The notes under the pieces: model-generated
Seen by the model: only the letters and a program-made list of their open reading frames with translations
What the model was told of the DNA's origin: nothing
The model's database searches: none
Made by a program: the position numbers and the translations under genes
Shown: positions 1-6,525 of the stretch, piece after piece
Layout: every line of letters begins with the position of its first letter
Numbering within the stretch: the first letter of the stretch is position 1
Source of the DNA: Chrysochromulina tobinii
Lineage: Eukaryota
Length of the DNA stretch: 38,052 nt
Direction: 5' to 3'
NCBI GenBank assembly: GCA_001275005.1
Contig: JWZX01003055.1
Coordinates: 1-38,052 of the forward strand

Positions 1-180
1 CACCGCCGCCCTCGCGTCCACCGTCGCCTCCGCCGCCCTCGCCCTCGCCGCCGCCGCCGAAGCCTCCACCCTCGCCTCCGCCGCCCTCGCCCTCGCCGCC
101 GCCGCCGCGCTCGCCGTCACCTCGGCCGCCGCCGCCCTCGCCCCCGCACCCGCTGCCCTCACCGGCATCCTCGCCCCCAC

Positions 181-3093
181 CCTTCGCCCTGGACTATCGA
201 GACCCTTGACTGCTATTCGGCGTACTACAACGAGTGGACCCAGACTCGAACAGGGCAAGACTGCCAACCGTCCTCCGGCTGGTTTGGGACCAAGACCGAC
301 GCCGAGTGCATTTCGCACTACAAGTCGAACGGCTACGCGTTCGTGATCGTGGCCTCGGACTCAAACTGTAAGTGCGCCCTCTCGTCAGAGTGCAATACCG
401 TCACCAGCGTCTCTGGTTTCAAGATCTTCAGTAAGGCGTTAACAGCCTCCTGCGACTGGACTCTTCAATCTGGGTGCCCTGCCGATGATCATGGGGTAGG
501 ATACGGGTGCTGCTGCAGTGCCTTACGGCTCGACCCCGCCAGCTACGCCGGTGTCATCTTTTATGTCTACTCCGACAATCATTGCTACAAGATCACCGTG
601 GGTACAAAGATTGAACAGAAATTCGCCAACAGTCAGGCGACGAGCGACGACCAATGCCGCACAAATTGGGGCAGCATACAGGCAGTGAGTACAATCGATC
701 TCGGCTCAACAGTGAGTACAAATCCCATAAAGACTCAGTCATACACAGGCGGGAACGGCGACTGCAACAACGGTGGCGGACGTGCTTCAAGTCTGCGCCT
801 CGTCGCGCGCAGATATCCTTCTGCTCAAATCACCACGATGGTCACGGAAACCCCAATTTGCGTGTATAGATTCGTAATCTTCGCCCCGGTAGGAATGCTG
901 GCCAACCCGCCATCGCCGCCACCTCCATCGCCATTGCCACCATCGCCGCCACCGCCCTCGCCGCCGCCGCCCTCGCCGCCGCCGCCCTCGCCACCGCCCT
1001 CGCCGCCTCCACCGCGCTACCCTCCAACTGTACCAGAGGGCGCGCCACAGGTTCCGCCGCCCCCACCTCGCTCGCCGCCGCCATCGCCCTCACCAACGCC
1101 CCCTCCCTCGCCGCCACCACCCTCACCGTCGCCGCCGCCGCCCTCGCCGCCGCCCTCGCCGCCGCCCTCGCCGCCGCCCTCGCCGCCGGCGATGAGTATG
1201 GTCGGGTTCACCCTCGAGCTCGACGGCGACGTCTCCTCGTTCACCCCGAGCGTGCAGATCCAGATGCAGAGCGCAGTAGCGGCTCGCGCGGGCGTCGACC
1301 CATCGGCGGTGGAGTTGAATATATCGCCGGGCAGCGTCATCGCCGACGTGCGCATCCAGACGACCAAAGCGATGGCAGCCTCGGTGCAGTCGACGATGGC
1401 CAGCGCGACGAGCAGCCCGAGCAGCGCGATCGCCATGCTCGCGAGCGTCACCGGCGTCTCGATTGACGTGCTCACCGTCGTGACGCCACCCACCGTCGCG
1501 GACGTTCCACCACCACCACCGCCTTCACCATCGCCACCTCCACCCATGGCACCTCCACCCATGTCGACCGGTACATCAGCGGTAGAGACGAGCGGCTCAA
1601 CGGGCATCATCATCGGCGTCATCGTCGGCGTGATCCTCCTCCTTGTCCTCGCCCTGCTCATCCTGTACCGTCGTCGCCGCGAAACGCGCCGCAAGCTGAT
1701 TGTGGTGACGCCGGCAGTCGCGCCTACCAAGTCGAGCAGCGCCGACGGTACGAGCTACTCGCACTCGTCCACGTCGTCCTCTGACATGGTGAGCTCGCTC
1801 ACGCTCTCCGAGGGCGCGAGCGCCAGTGCCAGGGCACGCATGACGCGGGCGCAGGAGCTCCTCAAGGTCTGGGAGCTCGACGCGCGCGAGATCACGATCC
1901 TCGAAAAGCAGCTTGGCGAGGGCGGGCAGGGGGTCGTGGTGCGCGGCTTGTGGCACGGCATCGAGGTCGCCATCAAGCAGCCGCGGCCGCCCAAGGGGAG
2001 CCGCGGGAAGCAGAACGCCTTCGGCTCGACATTGGCGCTCGATTCGTACAACCAGGCGCTCCGGCGAGAGGTGCGCGCGCTCTCGCGCGTGCGCCATCCG
2101 AATGTCATCAAGCTGCACGGCGTATGCTTCGGACCGGCACCGATGCTCCTGATGAGCTACGCACCGAGCGGCACGCTGCAGGACGCGCTCGACAACCAAA
2201 AGTTCCAGACGTCCTTGGAAATGGTGCGGCTGCTCGCGGGCATCGCGCGCGGCATGGAGGCGGTGCACGCGCACAAGATCATCCACCTCGACCTGAAGCC
2301 GGAGAATGTGCTCATCGGGCCGCTCGACGTGCCGTGGATCACCGACTTTGGGCTCTCCACCTCCGCCAACATGACCTCCATTTCGCAGTCGACCGCGGGC
2401 GGGCGTGGCACGCTCCCCTTCAAGGCGCCCGAGCTCTTTGCCCATCCGCCGTGGGTGGGGCCCGAAGCTGACGTCTACGCCTTTGCCATCCTCGCATGGA
2501 TCGTCGTCTGTGGCGAGCAGCCGTACGCGAACATGCATGCGGCTGCGACGTCGTTGCCGCAGGCGGTGGCTCAGGGCGTGCGGCCGACGCTGGCCGACCC
2601 GAGCGAGGAGTGGCAGGACAAGACAACCCTGCCGATGGTGCGGCTGATCGAGGGCTGCTGGCACGCCGAGTATGCGCAGCGCCCGACCTTTGGCAGCGGC
2701 AGCGCTCCCCCGGGCGGAAGCAGCGAGGGTGGAGAGGTCGGGGAAGAGGCAGGCAAGGGGGCGGGGAGTCGTGTCGTCGCGATGCTCGAGAAGATGGAGC
2801 ACTCACTCTCCAGGGGCTCTGAGCTGGAGGCGTCGCAGCTGGCGCTGGCGATGCGGCTGATCTCGACCGAATCCGAGGCAGAGACGCTGGGCGCCTCGTT
2901 CGTGCAGATTGGTGCGGCACAGGGCGACGCAACGACGACGGCGGCGGAGCAGACAGAACTGGCTGAGGAGAAGGCGGCATTGGAGACGTCGCAGCGCCTG
3001 CTGCGCCAGAATGCCTTCGCGGTGCTCTCGCAGATGCCCGGCGGTACCGGTGGAGAGATCGCGGTCGCGCTGAGTGCGATGCTGCAGCGGTAG
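181..3093 (+). CDS. Single-pass receptor-like Ser/Thr (TKL-like) kinase, main open frame
   Basis: Kinase motifs LGEGGQGVV, VAIK, HLDLKPEN, DFG, GTLPFKAPE and DVYAFA. TM helix IIIGVIVGVILLLVLALLIL is followed by a basic stop-transfer RRRRETRRK (about 1606-1695). Extensin-like SPPPP stalks. The ORF-track GTG at 343 is internal; the frame is open upstream. Confidence 0.85.
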   Translation, partial: PSPWTIETLDCYSAYYNEWTQTRTGQDCQPSSGWFGTKTDAECISHYKSNGYAFVIVASDSNCKCALSSECNTVTSVSGFKIFSKALTASCDWTLQSGCPADDHGVGYGCCCSALRLDPASYAGVIFYVYSDNHCYKITVGTKIEQKFANSQATSDDQCRTNWGSIQAVSTIDLGSTVSTNPIKTQSYTGGNGDCNNGGGRASSLRLVARRYPSAQITTMVTETPICVYRFVIFAPVGMLANPPSPPPPSPLPPSPPPPSPPPPSPPPPSPPPSPPPPRYPPTVPEGAPQVPPPPPRSPPPSPSPTPPPSPPPPSPSPPPPSPPPSPPPSPPPSPPAMSMVGFTLELDGDVSSFTPSVQIQMQSAVAARAGVDPSAVELNISPGSVIADVRIQTTKAMAASVQSTMASATSSPSSAIAMLASVTGVSIDVLTVVTPPTVADVPPPPPPSPSPPPPMAPPPMSTGTSAVETSGSTGIIIGVIVGVILLLVLALLILYRRRRETRRKLIVVTPAVAPTKSSSADGTSYSHSSTSSSDMVSSLTLSEGASASARARMTRAQELLKVWELDAREITILEKQLGEGGQGVVVRGLWHGIEVAIKQPRPPKGSRGKQNAFGSTLALDSYNQALRREVRALSRVRHPNVIKLHGVCFGPAPMLLMSYAPSGTLQDALDNQKFQTSLEMVRLLAGIARGMEAVHAHKIIHLDLKPENVLIGPLDVPWITDFGLSTSANMTSISQSTAGGRGTLPFKAPELFAHPPWVGPEADVYAFAILAWIVVCGEQPYANMHAAATSLPQAVAQGVRPTLADPSEEWQDKTTLPMVRLIEGCWHAEYAQRPTFGSGSAPPGGSSEGGEVGEEAGKGAGSRVVAMLEKMEHSLSRGSELEASQLALAMRLISTESEAETLGASFVQIGAAQGDATTTAAEQTELAEEKAALETSQRLLRQNAFAVLSQMPGGTGGEIAVALSAMLQR
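907..1187 (+). repeat. Low-complexity CCG/TCG repeat encoding an extensin-like (SP3-4)n stalk
   Basis: Repeated ccgccgccctcg units; similar tracts at 1-180 and about 1507-1560. Confidence 0.85.
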
Positions 3094-3099
3094 TCGGAC

Positions 3100-3963
3100 A
3101 TGTTCCGACAAGCGATGCAGGAGACCGAAGCCAAGATGCAGAGTTTTGAGCGCAGCCTCAGCCGGCTCGCCGAGGGCGAGCTCGACTGCCCCCGCCTCTT
3201 TGTGCTCCTGCCGATGGAGGCATCGAGCTCGAAGCTCATGCAGCTCATCAAGAGGGAGTTTGTCAAGGACAAGTACCGCCTCGTCTTCCTCGACCCGGTG
3301 ACCGGCTGCGCGGTGCGCTGCGGCCCCGACGGCGACGGCTACAAGCTGGAAGTGCCCAAGAAGTGGTTGGTCGAGAACCGTGTGATCGTCTCGGCCGCCC
3401 TTCACATCGTGAAGAGCTGCGCCATGGCAGGCCGCCTTGCGGGGCTGCCGCTGCCGTCGGCTGCCGGACTGCCGACGCAGGCGGTGTCGAAGGCGGAGGT
3501 TGAGGCGCTCAAGACCTTTGAGGCTGTGTATTCGGGCGAGGGTGTTCTCGGAGACGATGCAAGCAGCACGTCAACCTTGGCCTCGCAGCCCACGGCCAAG
3601 GCGGTCAAGGCGGCGACGGGCCGGGCGCACAAGCAGCTGCGCAAGATGCTCAAGGAGCAGTGCGAGGATGAGTACCTCGTGCACTGTGAGATGACCAAGG
3701 AGAAGGCGCGCGACGGCTCGATCGAGTTCGTGAGCGCCGGCAGCAAGGAACGCTTCCTCCACTTTGGCCAGCAGGCCCTCATCTGGAACGACGAGACGCT
3801 CAAGCAAAAGGCCGCGGCCAAGGCGGCGGCGCTCAAGGAAGTCGAGGCGATGGCCGCTTCGACCGCCGAGAAGGCGGCTTCGTTCATGAGTCCTGGATCA
3901 GGGGGCCTGAACGCCATGTTCGGCGTGATCGACGAAGAGACCATCGAGACTATCGATGCGTGA
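3100..3963 (+). CDS. In-frame C-terminal continuation of the kinase (DCPRLFVLLP...YRLVFLDPVTG...TGRAHKQLRKML...DGSIEFVS), resembling the post-COR C-terminal region of Roco/TORNADO1-like proteins
   Basis: Same frame as 343-3093, begins 6 nt after the TAG, has GC3-rich codons, and the coiled-coil character is continuous across the stop. The family resemblance is from motif memory. Confidence 0.6.
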   Translation: MFRQAMQETEAKMQSFERSLSRLAEGELDCPRLFVLLPMEASSSKLMQLIKREFVKDKYRLVFLDPVTGCAVRCGPDGDGYKLEVPKKWLVENRVIVSAALHIVKSCAMAGRLAGLPLPSAAGLPTQAVSKAEVEALKTFEAVYSGEGVLGDDASSTSTLASQPTAKAVKAATGRAHKQLRKMLKEQCEDEYLVHCEMTKEKARDGSIEFVSAGSKERFLHFGQQALIWNDETLKQKAAAKAAALKEVEAMAASTAEKAASFMSPGSGGLNAMFGVIDEETIETIDA

Positions 3964-4286
3964 TCGACAAGAGACCATCGATAAACCTTGACATAGCCGC
4001 TACTTGCACCGCATGCTCTCCAAGTCGCAACTCGCGAGACGTCCCATCGAGCATCGATGTGTGGTTCAATCGGTACGAGTAAATCCGTGATCCCAGCGTG
4101 TTTTCTTGAGTTTGATCGGAAGTATATCGCGGCCGCCGCTTAGGCCTCGGAGCCCCTCGACGTGCCCGCTCCCAATGTCGTGTGAGCTCGGAGCATGCAT
4201 TGGTTTTTTCTTGTGAAAAACAAGCTGTTGACTGCCTGTCTAGAGGTGCGCTGCTCCGGACCCCGCTCGCAGTTTAACGTTGCGGC

Positions 4287-6266
4287 ATGTCGCTGTGGTG
4301 GTTGGGTCCACCGAGTGAAAGCCTGAAGCTCGACGACCCCATCTACCTGACGCTCGAGCAGCGCGTGCCACGCTTGATACGGAGCACCAGCCACATTTCG
4401 TTCGTCAGCGTCGCCTGTGGCGGAGGCCATGCGATGGCCGTCACACGTGATGCCCGGCTGTTTGGCTGGGGATGGAACGCATTCGGGCAAGTCGGCATTG
4501 GCAAAGATCTACGGCCTGTCCCCTCGCCGCGCGTCCTTGGACGGTTTTACGGGAGGACGGTTGCGTCCGTATCCTGCGGTGCTGCACACACGATGGCCAT
4601 CGTCAGGGAGTCCTCGGACGGCTCTGGGGAGGTGGTCGTGTACGGCTGGGGTGCCCATGCGGCCGGGCAGCTCGGGCACGCGCCGGACGAGACGCGCGAC
4701 GCTTTGGCGAACGAAGGACGCAAGGGATCTGGCGTGTACGCTGCGGCCGCATCCACCTTCTCTTACACAAGCCCGTGCATCGTCGAGACCCTCAACGGCG
4801 TGTGCGGCAAACTCTCGGGTGTTGACTCAGGGGGCAGTGCGAGCGGCACCCTCGTCGGCGTCACCAACGCTAAGGGCGTGACGCTCAAACAGCCCCTCTC
4901 GTGCGGAGCGGCGCACACGGCGATCGTGAGTGCAAGCGGATCTCTGCTCACGATGGGCCTCAACCAGCACGGCCAGTGCGGCCGGCTGATTGTCAAGTCG
5001 GCGGCGGATGAGGCGGCGGAGGCGAGGGGTGAAGGGCCGAAGCCATCGGCGGGCGTCACGAGCGGAGTGATGTTGCCGGGACGCGTGCTCGCGCTCGCGC
5101 ATGAGGAGATCCGAGGGGTTGCGTGCGGCGCCGCCCACACGCTCGTGCTCACCGACAAGGGCGATCTCTACGCCTTCGGCCTCAATGCGACCGGGCAGCT
5201 CGGGCTTGGCTCACACAGCTCGCAGCCGTGCCCGACGCCGACGGCCGTCGCACTCGGGCCGCGCTTGGTGGTCGTCTCCATGTCAGCGGGGGACGAGTTC
5301 TCGGCATGCGTCACAAAAGCCGGTGAGGTCTTCACCTGGGGCTTTGGCGGGTTTGGCCAACTCGGCCACGGAAATGCAGGGTCCATGTGCAAGCCTCGGC
5401 AGGTGGCCTGCGAGCCGGCCTTGGAGGTGAGCTGTGGCGGCGGCCAGCTCTACGTACGCACGGGCGCCAACGGGCTGCTCCGGAGCGGGTACTCGGGCAC
5501 GTGGCAGCAGCTGAGCATGCAGCAGGAGCACGCGACCGCTCTCAAGGTTGAGTCCGATGCGAAGACTCTCGCAGCGCTCGAAGGGAGGGCTCCGCTCCGT
5601 GCAGCGACCGCCACACCGAGTGGAGGAGCGGCGCAGGCGCCCAGCGGCGTTCGAAAGAGCGAGGTCCCTCCAGACGCAGCTCCTCCCGACTTCCGTACCC
5701 AGCGCATTGAGCTGATGGGCTACAATTACAAGAAGGTGGTTGTCAAGGGCCAGCAGATTGCCCCCACGTTTGCACGCCAAGTCGCGGCCGGCCGTCACTT
5801 TGGGCTCCTCCTCGGGGAGCCTCTCGAGCCCATGAATGAGGATGAGGCAGCGAACCTGATCCAGAACACATTCGTGAACTCGCGCCTCGGCCAGGAGCAG
5901 AAGCAGCGGCAGCAAGAGGTGCATGCCGCGGCCGTGATCACGGAGCGTGCTTCGGTCTTCGAGGGCAAGAAGCGCATTGAGGACGCGCGTCTCGCCCAGG
6001 AGCGACGCGACGCCGCCACACGCGTGCAGGCACACCAGCGCCGCCGCCAGGAGCAGCGCGAGGTGGAGCGCACGCGACGTGAGGCAGCCGAGGCGGCGGC
6101 GGCCACGCAGGCGGCGACGCGCATGGTCATCTCGGCGACTGGCAAGCTCGCGCCCCCGTCGAAGCACCTTCTCATAGCCCAGAAGAAGCATGTGCGTCCG
6201 AAGCCGCCCGCGAGCCAACGCGTTGGCGGCGGCTTTGAGCGCCGCCCGGGGGGCGGGGGGCCGTGA
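4287..6266 (+). CDS. RCC1-repeat beta-propeller protein with a C-terminal helical IQ-like/coiled-coil tail
   Basis: Multiple RCC1 blades: VACGGGHAMAV..LFGWGWNAFGQVG, VSCGAAHT..YGWGAHAAGQLG, SCGAAHT..MGLNQHGQCG, VACGAAHTLVL..YAFGLNATGQLG, SAGDEFS..FTWGFGGFGQLG. IQ-like segments AANLIQNTF and AATRVQAHQRRR. Confidence 0.9.
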   Translation: MSLWWLGPPSESLKLDDPIYLTLEQRVPRLIRSTSHISFVSVACGGGHAMAVTRDARLFGWGWNAFGQVGIGKDLRPVPSPRVLGRFYGRTVASVSCGAAHTMAIVRESSDGSGEVVVYGWGAHAAGQLGHAPDETRDALANEGRKGSGVYAAAASTFSYTSPCIVETLNGVCGKLSGVDSGGSASGTLVGVTNAKGVTLKQPLSCGAAHTAIVSASGSLLTMGLNQHGQCGRLIVKSAADEAAEARGEGPKPSAGVTSGVMLPGRVLALAHEEIRGVACGAAHTLVLTDKGDLYAFGLNATGQLGLGSHSSQPCPTPTAVALGPRLVVVSMSAGDEFSACVTKAGEVFTWGFGGFGQLGHGNAGSMCKPRQVACEPALEVSCGGGQLYVRTGANGLLRSGYSGTWQQLSMQQEHATALKVESDAKTLAALEGRAPLRAATATPSGGAAQAPSGVRKSEVPPDAAPPDFRTQRIELMGYNYKKVVVKGQQIAPTFARQVAAGRHFGLLLGEPLEPMNEDEAANLIQNTFVNSRLGQEQKQRQQEVHAAAVITERASVFEGKKRIEDARLAQERRDAATRVQAHQRRRQEQREVERTRREAAEAAAATQAATRMVISATGKLAPPSKHLLIAQKKHVRPKPPASQRVGGGFERRPGGGGP

Positions 6267-6525
6267 GTGACCAGAGTGTGAGCCGCGGCACACGTGAGCG
6301 ACGGCAGAACCGCAAACCAGACAGCAGCGCAGTACAGCACTTATACACACGGATGAGGGTTAGGGTTTCAACATCCAGTCATCACTGTGAGTGTGTGACG
6401 CGCGCGGCGCGGCGCCCCTCGCCGGTACTCTCCGTGGTACGGTAAAGACCCGGGACTACGTACAACCGCTATTAAATAAACAATCATGCACTTTTCGTAG
6501 TACTTATTACTTACCCGCCTTCAGC

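Larger units (their letters stand above)
1..3963 (+). pseudogene. Receptor-like TKL-type protein kinase, 5'-partial and apparently disrupted. Domain order: Pro-rich stalk, Cys-rich modules including a candidate MRH domain, SP-rich stalk, SEA-like segment, TM helix, kinase, coiled coil, Roco/TORNADO1-like C-terminal region
   Basis: The Ser/Pro-rich reading is in frame 3 (3-180) and stops at TGA 207-209, whereas the Cys-rich coding continues in frame 1 from about 181 (PSPWTIETLDCYSAYYNEW...), implying a 1-nt frameshift. Frame 1 then runs to TAG at 3091-3093 and resumes in the same frame (SDMFRQAMQ..., ORF 3100-3963). Two lesions suggest a pseudogene or assembly errors. Confidence 0.55.

Noticed and set aside
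3091..3093. Genome-wide UAG-to-Gln reassignment
   Set aside because: TAG is the evident terminator of dynein (35067-35069) and the vanin fusion (20809-20811), and no other internal TAGs occur in more than 25 kb of coding sequence.
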